Positions 1 through 10,076 of a stretch of DNA of 64,000 nt are shown here, one piece after another. How positions within the stretch are numbered: the stretch's first letter is position 1; the number at the start of each line of letters is the position of its first letter. A program made the translations under genes and the position numbers. The notes under the pieces were generated by a model, which worked only from the letters and a program-made list of their open reading frames with translations, was not told the origin of the DNA and did no database searches. This stretch comes from an uncultured Methylomirabilota bacterium (GTDB lineage: Bacteria > Methylomirabilota > Methylomirabilia > Methylomirabilales > 2-02-FULL-66-22), in NCBI GenBank assembly GCA_963705305.1, contig OY970067.1, forward strand, positions 2,432,001 to 2,496,000, read 5' to 3'.

Positions 1-490
1 TTCCGCATCTTCCCTTCCCCTTCGACCTCGCGCTCCTTCGACGAACCTGATCGCAGCCAGCCGGTTTGATGGGAGATGCCGAGCCGCTTTTTTGCACATC
101 CCTCGAGCTGACTCCGGCGGCAGAGCCCGAGCGGGTCTGTGTAACCGGTATCCAGGGTGGCGGCACGGCAAAAATCCCCGCCACACGACGATAGGTCTAC
201 GTCTGGTAGTAATATATGACACTGAGCGTCCTGCGGACAGGGTGTGCTGCAAGCCCGCGCCCCTGCCGGGCAACTTGGCAGTGAACCGCGCGCGAAAAAG
301 GGGGAAATGCGTCTTTGCGCGTTGTTCGGGTGCCCCCCATCCAGATCGCTGGTCTCTGCATCCAGGGTCAGATGGCCTTCAATTCGCTGCCCAAGGGGTG
401 GATTCCCCGGAGCCGCGCCCGCGCCGGCTGGCCCGGAGCGCATTGGCGGCGTATAATGCCGCGATCATCGTCGAACCGAGAGGAGATCGG

Positions 491-1669
491 ATGCAATACC
501 GTCCGTTTGGCACGACCGGCTTCCAGGTATCCGTCCTGGGGTTCGGTGCAATGCGGCTGCCGCTCCGGGGTCCGGGGGCCGGCGACATCGACCTGCCCCA
601 GGCCGTGCGCATGCTCCGCACCGCGATCGACGCGGGGGTCAATTACGTCGACACAGCCTTCGGCTATCACGACGGCCGGAGCGAAGCGGTGGTGGGACAG
701 GCGCTTCGGGACGGCTACCGCCGCCGGACCAAGTTGGCGACCAAGCTTCCCTCCTGGCGGGTCAAGTCCGCCGCCGACTTCGATACGTTCCTGGGCCAGC
801 AGCTCGACCGCCTGCAGACGGAGGACATCGACTTCTACCTGCTGCACAATCTCAATGCGGCCGACTGGCCCCGGGTGAAGAACCTCGGCATCCTGGAGCG
901 CGCCGGGCGGGCTCTTCGCGACGGACGGATCGGCGCCCTGGGCTTTTCCTTCCACGATCAGCTCCCGCTGTTCAAGGCGATCGTGGACGCTTACCGCTGG
1001 GATCTGTGTCAGATCCAGTACAACTTCATGGACATCGCGTACCAGGCCGGCCGGGAAGGGCTAGAGTACGCGGCCGGCCGGGGCATCCCCGTGGTTGTGA
1101 TGGAGCCCATCCGCGGCGGCCAGCTCGCCCAAGAGCCGCCGCCGGCCGTGGCGGAGGTCTGGGCCCGCTCCGCCATTCGCACCACGCCCGCGGACCGGGC
1201 GCTGCAATGGCTGTGGGATCAGCCCACGGTCACCACGGTCCTCTCCGGGATGAGCAGCCTGGAGCAGGTGGAGCAGAACCTGGCCAGCGCCGCGCGCAGC
1301 CGGCCCGGCAGCCTGCCGGAGACCGAGCGCGTCCTCTACCTCTATGCCAAGGCCGCGTACGAGGGCCTCAAGCCCATCCCCTGCACGCAGTGCAAGTACT
1401 GCCTGCCCTGCCCAAACGGCGTGGACGTGCCGCGCAACTTCGAGCTGTACAACGACACCGTCATCTACGGCCATGCCGACAAGACCCGGCGCACCTACCG
1501 CATGTTCTTCCCCGCCGAGCACCACGCGGACAAGTGCGAGCGCTGCGGTGAGTGCGAGCCAAAGTGCCCGCAGCACATCCCCATCATGGAATGGCTCCCC
1601 AAGGTCGAGGCGCGCCTGGGCGACCACGGCCGGATCGGGGGGTCCCGCGCCTCAGCCGCGAAGCGGTGA
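491..1669 (+). CDS. Aldo/keto reductase with C-terminal 4Fe-4S ferredoxin-like domain
   Basis: ATG 491 after AGGAGA; MQYRPFG..LGFGAMRLP, DTAFGY, LATK and FYLLH AKR motifs; C-terminal CTQCKYCLPCP and CERCGECEPKCP. Confidence 0.9.
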   Translation: MQYRPFGTTGFQVSVLGFGAMRLPLRGPGAGDIDLPQAVRMLRTAIDAGVNYVDTAFGYHDGRSEAVVGQALRDGYRRRTKLATKLPSWRVKSAADFDTFLGQQLDRLQTEDIDFYLLHNLNAADWPRVKNLGILERAGRALRDGRIGALGFSFHDQLPLFKAIVDAYRWDLCQIQYNFMDIAYQAGREGLEYAAGRGIPVVVMEPIRGGQLAQEPPPAVAEVWARSAIRTTPADRALQWLWDQPTVTTVLSGMSSLEQVEQNLASAARSRPGSLPETERVLYLYAKAAYEGLKPIPCTQCKYCLPCPNGVDVPRNFELYNDTVIYGHADKTRRTYRMFFPAEHHADKCERCGECEPKCPQHIPIMEWLPKVEARLGDHGRIGGSRASAAKR

Positions 1670-2025
1670 GGGGGGCCCGACCGTCGAGGGGACGTTGCTT
1701 CTTTGTTCTCCTTGCTCCAGACAGACTGAAGAGGTGCCGGCGTAATCCGCAAACACCCGCCCCGCCCACCGGCTCCGCCGACCCCGCCGGCCCCGTGTCC
1801 CTTGGACAGACAACCGCGCGGCAGGACGTTGCCTATTCAGTAAGGCGGTGAGACACTGCTGAGGGCCGGGGCTGGAAGCGAGGCGATGGCATCTGAGCAC
1901 CGACGGCGGAGAAGCCGTACGACGCCTTGCGGGAGACGATCGATACATCCGAGTTCCTTACCGCGCCCAATGGTCGAGTCCGGGACCCGGAGAGAGGTCC
2001 GGGCGACAGCGAAAGGAGGCTCTCG

Positions 2026-2253
2026 ATGCTCGTGATCAGCGCGAAGGGGATCATCTATGATGTTCCGGAAAAAGTGCTCGAGAAGCATACGTTTCCCCGC
2101 TGGATCGACAAGAAGGACGAGATCCTGAAGATGTTCACCTCCCTGTCCAAGGTCATCAAGGAGTCGAAGACGGGGCTGAAGGGAGATGTCGAGGGGCAGG
2201 GGTGCTGCAACCGCTACGCGAACTGGTGCCCGCCGGGAGGAGCGGACATCTGA
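2026..2253 (+). CDS. Putative RiPP precursor peptide (75 aa)
   Basis: AAGGAGG RBS before ATG 2026; GC3-rich codons; charged leader ending ..GDVEGQ followed by Cys/aromatic core GCCNRYANWCPPGGADI; directly upstream of two radical SAM genes. Confidence 0.75.
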   Translation: MLVISAKGIIYDVPEKVLEKHTFPRWIDKKDEILKMFTSLSKVIKESKTGLKGDVEGQGCCNRYANWCPPGGADI

Positions 2254-2404
2254 GCGATCCGGCCAGCCGGGGCTTCACGATGACACGACGGATGCCGCCA
2301 GCGGATCATTCGGAGGCTGAAGGGTGCCGCCGGCCCATGCGAGGCCCTGTCTGGAAGCGGGAAACCGTTGGCGGGCAGCGGTCCGCTCCTGAAAGGCCCA
2401 GGCC

Positions 2405-3595
2405 ATGAAGAGGGCCCCCGCTCCACAAAAGGGCGTCCTGCGAGACCTTGCCGGTGTCACCGCGTGTCCGCTGACGGCATGCAACCTGAGGTGCTCGTAC
2501 TGCTACCAGGATGCCGAGCAGTTCTCCGGTTCTCCGCAGTACCTGCCGGGCGTGCATGATCCGGTCCGGCTCGCCGCAGGCCTGGCGCGCCTGCTGTCAC
2601 TGTCCCGGAGGCCGAACCATTCCATCGTCCTCTCGGGGGGTGAGCCGCTCCTCCTGCCGGAATCGTGGTACCGCGCCTTCTTTTCGGCCATGGATGGCGG
2701 GATGCCCGCCTCGAAACAGATCCGCTATTCCCTGCAGACCAACATGCTTCGCTGGGACGATGGGGTCATGTCGCTCCTGGCGGAGCGCCGGGCGCACTTC
2801 TCGGTCCATTACGACGGCCCCGGGGGGGACGCTTCGCTCCGCGCCGAGGAGCGACGGGCAAACATCGAGCGGCTGCACGCCAAGGGGTGCTCGATCACCG
2901 CGATCGTGGTGGGAACCCCTCCGGCCCTGGCGGAGCTCTCCGCCACCCTCGAGCTGCTCCGACGCTGCGGGGTCAAGCATTACCACCTGAACTGCGTCTC
3001 CGGGGAAGGGCGGGGGGCCGGATCGCCGCAGCCCGATCCGGCGCGGAGGGCGGAGGCCGAGTTCGAGAGCGCGTTCTTCGCCTCCCAGAGCGACTTCGCG
3101 ACCTGGGACCCCGTCATCATGAACAAATTCGCGAGCCATGCCAGGTGGGCGGCCGGGGGGAGGAAGCAGCCGCCCACGCCGGTCCCCCAGCGGTGCGGCG
3201 CCGGCACCAAAACGGTCGTCATCTCGTCGGACGGGACGATCTTTCCGTGCGGGTTCTTTCCGCGGGCCGCGGGCCCGATGGGGCACATCGCCGGCCTCCC
3301 GGCGCTCGGCGCCGAGGCGGCCCGGTCCATCTCCCGCTGCGGGAAGGCGAGTCCGTTCTTCGAAGAGCGGTGTCCGGAATGTCCGGCCCTTCCGATCTGC
3401 GGGGACTACTGCGCCCTCACGCCGACCGGGGACGGCGGCTTCATGGGCTCGTTCTGCGAATCGCAGCGCCGTCTGATGGCCCTGATGGAGGAGAGTCGGC
3501 GGCTGGCGACTCTGATTGCCAGGCGGTTTCTGGCGTACCGGACCGCCCGCCCGGGCGAGCGGCCGACGACCTGCGGGGTCACGTACGGCGAGTAG
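2405..3595 (+). CDS. Radical SAM protein with SPASM domain
   Basis: CNLRCSYC (CxxxCxxC), SGGEPLL, QTN; C-terminal CGAG..DGTIFPC and CPECPALPICGDYC..C (Cx2Cx5Cx3C). Confidence 0.9.
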   Translation: MKRAPAPQKGVLRDLAGVTACPLTACNLRCSYCYQDAEQFSGSPQYLPGVHDPVRLAAGLARLLSLSRRPNHSIVLSGGEPLLLPESWYRAFFSAMDGGMPASKQIRYSLQTNMLRWDDGVMSLLAERRAHFSVHYDGPGGDASLRAEERRANIERLHAKGCSITAIVVGTPPALAELSATLELLRRCGVKHYHLNCVSGEGRGAGSPQPDPARRAEAEFESAFFASQSDFATWDPVIMNKFASHARWAAGGRKQPPTPVPQRCGAGTKTVVISSDGTIFPCGFFPRAAGPMGHIAGLPALGAEAARSISRCGKASPFFEERCPECPALPICGDYCALTPTGDGGFMGSFCESQRRLMALMEESRRLATLIARRFLAYRTARPGERPTTCGVTYGE

Positions 3596-4348
3596 CGGAA
3601 TGGCCCATCGGCGGGCACCCGTCCACCGAGCGGGTCCCGCCGCAACCGGGGGATTGCCCGCCGGCAGGGAGCGCACAGACGAGCCGGGAGGGACGGGTGG
3701 GCGCGTCGCGCCGGGGGTCCGGCACTGTTCTGTATGTCAACTCGGCGCTGCGGGAGAGCGACTGGTTTATCGTTCCGACATCGATCACCACGCTCATGCA
3801 GACGCTGCCGCCGCGCTGGCATCGGCAGGGCGTTTTCGCGTGGGAGCTGACCGATGCCCTGATCCGCTCCGCCTCGGCGATCATCCTCGATTGCCACTGG
3901 TTCACTTCCCTGCCGGAGACCATCGGCCTCGTGCGGTGGGTGCGCGACCTCTGCCCGCAGACGCCGGTCATCCTGGGCGGCTACACGGCCCAGCTCTTCC
4001 ACCGGGAGCTTCTGCCTCTCGTCGGCGCGGCCTATGTCATTCGGGGAGACAACGAGCAGGCCTTCCCGCGCCTGGTGGATGCCCTCTGCCGGGGGGATGT
4101 CGACGAGGCCCGCCGCCTGCCGAACGTTGCCGGCGCGGATTTCGCCAATCCCATCACCTACCGATTCGGGCCGGAGGATTATGCGGGGATTTTATTCGGG
4201 ATCGACTGGTTTCCGTCGTACGCGCGCCGCATCGCCATGATCAACAAGGGGAACTGCCTCGGCATGGACCACGAGTTCTACCGCTATCCGCTCCTGGTCA
4301 TGTCCAAGGGCTGTTCCCAGGATTGCCCGTTCTGCCTGGGGAGCACTA

Positions 4349-5516
4349 GTCTAGTGTGTCATAAATACGGTGACTTATAGTACGTACTCTGGTATGCTCC
4401 TCGGTGAGGAGGAGCAAGCCATGCGTGTGGCGGTGCCGATTGTGCTGAGCCCGCAGGAACGCACCATCTTGGAACGCTGGGCACGGGGGCGGCGCACCCC
4501 CGCGCGCCTCGTGCGCCGGGCGCAGATCGTCCTGCGCGCGGCGGCGGGGCAGCGGAACGACGAGGTCGCCCGGGCCCTGGACACGGATCGCGAGTGTGTG
4601 GGTCGGTGGCGGACTCGCTTCGCCCAGCAGCGGCTGGCCGGGATCGAGCGGGATGCCCCGCGCCCCGGCCGGACGCCCGCCATCGCCCCGGCGGTCCTGC
4701 AGCGCATCGTCACCCTGACGACAACCAGCGCGCCGCCCGCCGCCACCCACTGGAGCACGCGGACCCTGGCGGCCGCGGTCGGCGTGAGCCCGAAGACCGT
4801 GCACCGGGTCTGGCAGGCCCACGGCCTGAAGCCGCATCGGGTCCGCCCGTTCAAGGTGAGCCGCGACCGGCGGTTCCTCGAGAAGCTGACCGATGTGGTG
4901 GGGCTGTACCTGAATCCCCCTGAGCACGCGTTGGTGCTGTGCGCCGACGAGAAGAGCCAGATCCAAGCGCTCGACCGCACCCAACCCGGCCTCCCGCTGA
5001 AGAAGGGCCGGTGCGGCACCCTGACCCACGACTACAAGCGGAACGGCACGACCACGCTCTTCGCCGCCCTGGGGCTCGTGACGGGCCAGCTCATCGGCAC
5101 GTGCCTGCCCAAGCATCGGCACCAGGAGTGGCTCCGGTTCCTCCGGCTGATCGACGCGCAGACCCCGCCCGACCTGGACCTCCACCTGATCGTGGACAAC
5201 TACGCCACCCATAAACACCCTGCGGTCCAGCGCTGGCTCGCCCGCCACCCACGCTTCCACATGCACTTCATTCCGACCAGCAGCTCGTGGTTGAATCTCA
5301 TCGAGCGGTGGTTCCGGGAGCTCACGACCAAGCGGCTCCGCCGGGGCGTCTTCAAGAGCGTCGCCGACCTCATCGCCGCCATTGAGGCCTTCATCGCACA
5401 CCACAACCGCCACCCCCGGTCGTTCACCTGGACGGCCAAGGTGGAGGACATCCTGGCGAAAGTCGAGCGGGCTCGAGCAGTGCTGCATAAGATGGCATCT
5501 GTGTGACACGGTAGAC
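4349..5516 (+). mobile_element. IS630-family insertion sequence
   Basis: Terminal inverted repeats GTCTAGTGTGTCA / TGACACGGTAGAC; TA duplicated at 4347-4348 and 5517-5518 within CTAG; encloses a transposase. Confidence 0.93.
4421..5506 (+). CDS. IS630-family DDE transposase
   Basis: GAGGAGGAG RBS; N-terminal HTH region, [29 protein letters not shown]. Confidence 0.95.
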   Translation: MRVAVPIVLSPQERTILERWARGRRTPARLVRRAQIVLRAAAGQRNDEVARALDTDRECVGRWRTRFAQQRLAGIERDAPRPGRTPAIAPAVLQRIVTLTTTSAPPAATHWSTRTLAAAVGVSPKTVHRVWQAHGLKPHRVRPFKVSRDRRFLEKLTDVVGLYLNPPEHALVLCADEKSQIQALDRTQPGLPLKKGRCGTLTHDYKRNGTTTLFAALGLVTGQLIGTCLPKHRHQEWLRFLRLIDAQTPPDLDLHLIVDNYATHKHPAVQRWLARHPRFHMHFIPTSSSWLNLIERWFRELTTKRLRRGVFKSVADLIAAIEAFIAHHNRHPRSFTWTAKVEDILAKVERARAVLHKMASV

Positions 5517-6250
5517 TAGGTGCTACAAACGCCTCTTCGACCGCGCCCAGGTTCCCATCCCCTTTCCCCATCTGGAGAAGATCCTCCGCAGGCTGGAAGG
5601 GGACCCCGCGACACCCGCCGCGCATCTCTACTTCAACTGGCCCGTTTCCGAATACCGCTCCTTCTTCGCCCGGCACCGCTTCAGCCTCGACCTCCTGAGC
5701 CAGATCGATGTCCTCCCCGACCTGGAGGACCTGCGGGTCCTGGCAGGCGCGTTTCGCAGCAGCCTCTTTTACGTCGGCCTCGGCCATGCCGTCTACAGCG
5801 ATCGCGCGGACCCGGAGATCGACGTTCGGCGTTATCTCGACGCGTTCGGCCGGCTGAAGTTCTTCGTCTCCCGGGCGCAGTACGACGCGTTGCGGGGCCG
5901 CTACGGCGACCGGCTGCTCTCGACGACCGACACCTGGCGGATCCCCGAGCTCTTCGACGGGTTCGAGAGCTGCCTGAAGAGGGCCGTCGCCTCGGCCAGA
6001 CGGCTCCTCCTGGAGGACCCGCGGGCCTGGGCCTTTCGCCTGATCCTTCGCGACCACCCCGCCTACCGCCGGCGCCTGTTCCGGGCCCTGGGCCTCCGGG
6101 CTCGAGAACGTCCGCGGCAGGGCCATGCACTACAGCCAGGAAGAGTACATCCTGCACCGGAACGCCTGCTAGCGTCGGCGGCGCTGAAGAGGGCGTGGCC
6201 GCCGCCTCGATCCGGGCCATTCGCGCTTCCGATCCATTGCGCCTATTCGC

Positions 6251-6279
6251 TTGACACGCCTCCCGCTCTGAGACATTCT
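6251..6279 (+). promoter_or_regulatory. Putative sigma70 promoter for the ABC operon
   Basis: TTGACA-17 bp-CATTCT upstream of the solute-binding protein gene. Confidence 0.4.
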
Positions 6280-6536
6280 GTGTCGGCCCGCGGGGGTTGC
6301 GTGCGGCTGTGGCCCGCCATGAACGGGTGTCTGCCCGACCCGCCGCCGGGGGTCTTACGCTTCGCAGCTCCTTGGGCCGCCATTTCCCATCTCCATCTCC
6401 AGGGGCGCCGGTCCGCCAGCGCCGGCGGAAGGCATGGCGCGTGCGGGCGTAAACGTCCCGGAGAGCCGGAGTGCCTATACGGCGTCACTGTCTTGCGCGA
6501 AGGTCCAGATGCGTTGTTCAGAGGAGGATGGTTTCG

Positions 6537-8147
6537 ATGCGACGGATTCTTATGATCGTGGCGGTAGCGCTGTTCATGCTGGGGGCGACGGCGGACGTCG
6601 GCTCGGCGGCCCGCCCGGGGGGGACGTTCAACTTCGTCGTGCCCTACGGCGGGGACGTGTTCACCCTGGATCCGCACCGGACGCCGAACACCAACGACAT
6701 CATCGTGACCATGAACATCAACCGCAGCCTGTACAGCTGGGACGACAACGCCAACCGGCCCAAGCTGGAACTGGGCGAGAAGGCAGAGGTGTCTCCGGAC
6801 GGCCTGGTCTACCGGATCGCGCTCCGGAAGAACGTGAAGTTCCACAACGGCCGCCGGATGACCGCGGACGACATCATCTGGAGTTATGAGCGGATTCTGA
6901 ATCCGAAGATCGCGTCGCCGTCGGCCCGCTTCATCCGGGTGATCAAGGGGGCCCAGGAGTTCGAGGAGGGGAAGGCCACCCATAGCTCCGGCCTCCGGAA
7001 GATCAACGACTTCACACTCGAGATCACCATGGACAAGCCGATCGATCCGGCCTATACGCTGTACGAGGGAGGAACGGCCATCCTGCCGCGCGAAGAGGTG
7101 GAGAAGCGCGGGGACGCCTTCGGGACCGATCCGGTGGGCCTGGGCCCCTTCAAGTTCCTCCGATGGGTGAAGGGCAGCGAGATCGTCCTGGTCAAGAACC
7201 CCGACTATTACGAGAAGGGGAGGCCGTATCTGGACAAGGTGGTGTACAAGGTCATGCCCGAGGGGGCCGCCCGCGACGCCGCCTTCCGCGCCAAGGAGCT
7301 GGACGCGACCGTGGTGGGCGCGGCCCAGTACCCCGCCTACGAGGCGGACCCGGAGATCTCCAAGAACCTGGTGGAGGTGGCCGAGCTGTTCACGCGCCTC
7401 ATCGGCTTCAACCCGAGGTTCGAGCCCTTCGCCAAGAAGGAGGTCCGCCAGGCCATCAACTACGCCATCAACTCCCGCCTGATCATCGATCGCCTACTGA
7501 AGGGCAAGGCCTTCCCGGCGGTGGGCTACCTGCCCACGACCTCGCCGGCGTTCGATCCCAAGGCCAAGGGGTACGAGTATAATGTCGAGAAGGCCAAGGA
7601 GCTGATGAAGAGGGCGGGGTACGAGAATGGCTTCACCTTCGAGTGCATCGGGACCAGCAACGAGTCCTGGGGGATCCCGGTGGTCGAGGCCATCATGCCC
7701 TTCCTGAAGCAGATCAACATCACGGTGAAGCCCCAGCAGCTGGAGGGGGGCACGCTGTCCGACCGGATCCGCAAGATGGAGTACCAGGCCTTCATCTGGT
7801 CGGTATCCAGCGGCGCGGGTGGCGACGCCCTCCAGGCTCTCGCCCGCTGGGGCTCGAAGAATTCGGCCGCGGGCGGGAACTTCGTCGAGTACAGCAACCC
7901 CGAGTTCGACAAGCTGCTGGATCAGGCCGGCAAAGAGCGGGATATCGCCAAACGAAACGAGATCCTGCGCAAGGCCGACGCCGTGTTCCGGGAGGACGCG
8001 CCGGTCTGGTTCTTCAACTACAACAAGGCGGTGATCGCCCACCAGCCGTGGGTCCACGGCATCAAGAAGGCCGCGATCGAGATGATGTTCCAGGACCTGA
8101 CCGATCTCTGGGTGGACGATAGCTCTCCGCGGGCCAACGTCAAGTAG
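6537..8147 (+). CDS. ABC transporter substrate-binding protein, family 5 (peptide/nickel type)
   Basis: GAGGAGG RBS; signal peptide; TLDP, LRKNVKFHNG..TADD, PVGLGPFKF, VRQAINYAIN. Confidence 0.93.
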   Translation: MRRILMIVAVALFMLGATADVGSAARPGGTFNFVVPYGGDVFTLDPHRTPNTNDIIVTMNINRSLYSWDDNANRPKLELGEKAEVSPDGLVYRIALRKNVKFHNGRRMTADDIIWSYERILNPKIASPSARFIRVIKGAQEFEEGKATHSSGLRKINDFTLEITMDKPIDPAYTLYEGGTAILPREEVEKRGDAFGTDPVGLGPFKFLRWVKGSEIVLVKNPDYYEKGRPYLDKVVYKVMPEGAARDAAFRAKELDATVVGAAQYPAYEADPEISKNLVEVAELFTRLIGFNPRFEPFAKKEVRQAINYAINSRLIIDRLLKGKAFPAVGYLPTTSPAFDPKAKGYEYNVEKAKELMKRAGYENGFTFECIGTSNESWGIPVVEAIMPFLKQINITVKPQQLEGGTLSDRIRKMEYQAFIWSVSSGAGGDALQALARWGSKNSAAGGNFVEYSNPEFDKLLDQAGKERDIAKRNEILRKADAVFREDAPVWFFNYNKAVIAHQPWVHGIKKAAIEMMFQDLTDLWVDDSSPRANVK

Positions 8148-8298
8148 GCGCCATCCCCCGGGGAGCGGGGGGCCGCGGAAATCCGAGGGTGTTTGCGGCC
8201 TCGAACCCGGACCCCGTCGCGAGGTTCGGGTTCACGCTGGTGTTTCCGTCAGGGCAGCGGGCGGCCGTTAGGGTCGCCCGCTGCCCATCGGGTTCGCG

Positions 8299-9237
8299 AT
8301 GCTCGCGTACGCACTCAGACGACTGCTGCAATTCGTCCCGACCATCCTGGTCATCTCGCTGATCATGTTCCTGCTGCTCAACGTCTTGCCCGGGAACGCG
8401 GCCCTCGTGGCGGCCGGCCCGCAGGACCGGGGGATGGACGCCCAGTTCGTCGAGCAGATGGTGAAGCAGTGGAACCTGGACAAGCCGCTGCACACCCGTT
8501 ACCTCATCTATCTCAAGAACCTGGCGCGTGGAAACCTGGGGCTGTCCTTCCTTCGCCGCGAGCACGTGACGGACGTGGTGCTGGCGCGGCTGTGGCCGAC
8601 CCTGAAACTGGCGCTGGCGGCCATGCTGATCGCGGTGGGGTGCGGGATTCCGCTGGGCTTCCTCTCCGCCCTGCGTCAGGGGTCCTGGCTGGACGCGGCC
8701 TCCATGGTGGGGGCGGTCTCCGGGGTGTCCATTCCGCAGTTCTGGCTGGGCCTTCTGCTGATGTTCTTCGCCTCGGTGAAGCTGCGCCTGCTGCCCACAT
8801 CGGGCTACGGGCAGGGGGGAGATCTGGCCCACCTGATCCTGCCCGCCGTCACGCTGGGCGTGGGGTACATGGCCCTGCTGGCCCGCACCACCCGGGCGGC
8901 CGTTCTGGAGATCCTGGGGGCCGAGTACGTGCGGACCGCCGAGGCCAAGGGACTGTCGCGCCTGGTGATCCACGGCAAGCATGTCTTCCGGAACGCCCTC
9001 ATCCTCGTCCTCACCACGGCCGGGCTGCAGTTCGGCTCGCTGATCGGGCAGACCGTGATCGTGGAGAAGCTGTTCTCGTGGCCGGGGCTGGGGTCGCTCT
9101 TGGTGGATACCATCTTCCAGCGGGATATCCCGGTGGTCCAGGGCTGCGTGCTGGTGATCATCGTCGTGTTTCTCGTCGTCAACCTGGCCGTGGATCTGCT
9201 GTACGCCCTGATCGACCCCAGGATCGAGTACCGATGA
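8299..9237 (+). CDS. ABC permease (OppB/DppB-like)
   Basis: GNLGLSF, LILPAVTLG, EAA loop EYVRTAEAKGL, HVFRNAL. Confidence 0.93.
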   Translation: MLAYALRRLLQFVPTILVISLIMFLLLNVLPGNAALVAAGPQDRGMDAQFVEQMVKQWNLDKPLHTRYLIYLKNLARGNLGLSFLRREHVTDVVLARLWPTLKLALAAMLIAVGCGIPLGFLSALRQGSWLDAASMVGAVSGVSIPQFWLGLLLMFFASVKLRLLPTSGYGQGGDLAHLILPAVTLGVGYMALLARTTRAAVLEILGAEYVRTAEAKGLSRLVIHGKHVFRNALILVLTTAGLQFGSLIGQTVIVEKLFSWPGLGSLLVDTIFQRDIPVVQGCVLVIIVVFLVVNLAVDLLYALIDPRIEYR

Positions 9238-10076
9238 ACGGGACTGTGCGGGCCCTCGGCCGGCAGAAGAATCTGATGGTCGGGGGCCTCCTCACGCTGA
9301 TCATCGTCCTCATGGCGGTCCTGGCCCCCGTCCTGGCCCCCTACGATCCGGTCAACCACGCCGATCTCCTCCATTCGGAGGAGCCGCCGAGCCTCACCTT
9401 CCTGTTCGGTACGGACACCCAGGGTCGGGACATCCTGTCGCGGGTCATCTACGGGGCCCGGGTCTCGCTGAGCATCGGCCTGATCACGCAGGCGCTGAAC
9501 AGCCTCATCGGGGTCCTGCTCGGCCTCACGGCGGGATTCTTCGGCCGCTGGTGGGATGATCTGGTGATGGGACTCACCAACATCATGCTCTCCATTCCCG
9601 GAATGATCTTCGCCCTAGCGGTTATGGCCGTCCTGGGACCCGGCCTCTTCAATGTCTTCCTGGCTCTCGGCTTCACCAACTGGTCCTACAGCTGTCGGAT
9701 CACGCGCTCGCAGGTCCTGGCGGCCCGCTCGCTCGATTACGTGGTCGCCGCCCGGGCGCTGGGCCAGGGGGGCCCCCGCATCATGCTGAAGCAGATCCTG
9801 CCGAACATCGTCGGGCCGATCCTGGTCATTGCGACGCTGGGGGTGGCCTATACGATCCTCACGGAAGCGTCGCTCTCCTTCCTGGGCCTGGGCGTACAGC
9901 CCCCCACACCGAGCTGGGGCGGCATGCTCTCCACGGCGCGCGAGCAGCTATTCACGGCCCCTTGGATCTCCATCTTTCCGGGGCTGGCTATCTTCGTCAC
10001 GGTCCTAGGGCTGAATCTGCTGGGAGACGGCTTGCGGGACATCCTGGACCCGCACACGGCCCGGCAGCGGAGATGA
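9234..10076 (+). CDS. ABC permease (OppC/DppC-like)
   Basis: ATGA overlap with upstream gene; FGTDTQGRDILSRVIYGAR, LGVQPPTPSWG, NLLGDGLRD. Confidence 0.93.
   Translation: MNGTVRALGRQKNLMVGGLLTLIIVLMAVLAPVLAPYDPVNHADLLHSEEPPSLTFLFGTDTQGRDILSRVIYGARVSLSIGLITQALNSLIGVLLGLTAGFFGRWWDDLVMGLTNIMLSIPGMIFALAVMAVLGPGLFNVFLALGFTNWSYSCRITRSQVLAARSLDYVVAARALGQGGPRIMLKQILPNIVGPILVIATLGVAYTILTEASLSFLGLGVQPPTPSWGGMLSTAREQLFTAPWISIFPGLAIFVTVLGLNLLGDGLRDILDPHTARQRR

Larger units (their letters stand above)
3697..6172 (+). pseudogene. Cobalamin-binding radical SAM protein, interrupted by IS630 (4349-5516), with a probable 1-nt frameshift near 6100
   Basis: GTG 3697 after GGAGGG; B12-binding-like ILDCHWF..PVILGGYTA..YVIRGDNE; SKGCSQDCPFC; removing the IS gives in-frame ..CLGSTRCYKRLFD..; GC3-rich tail LENVRGRAMHYSQEEYILHRNAC* ends at TAG 6170-6172 in a shifted frame. 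Confidence 0.75.

Noticed and set aside
491..1669. Aldo/keto reductase as part of the RiPP cluster
   Set aside because: Common stand-alone family separated by about 350 bp; no evidence beyond adjacency.
1670..2025. Riboswitch or leader RNA (including cobalamin) upstream of the precursor
   Set aside because: No recognisable B12-box or other aptamer consensus by eye; an Rfam scan would be needed.
2251..2290. Selenocysteine read-through of the precursor TGA
   Set aside because: Only a tiny GC hairpin follows and another TGA occurs within 10 codons; no convincing bacterial SECIS.
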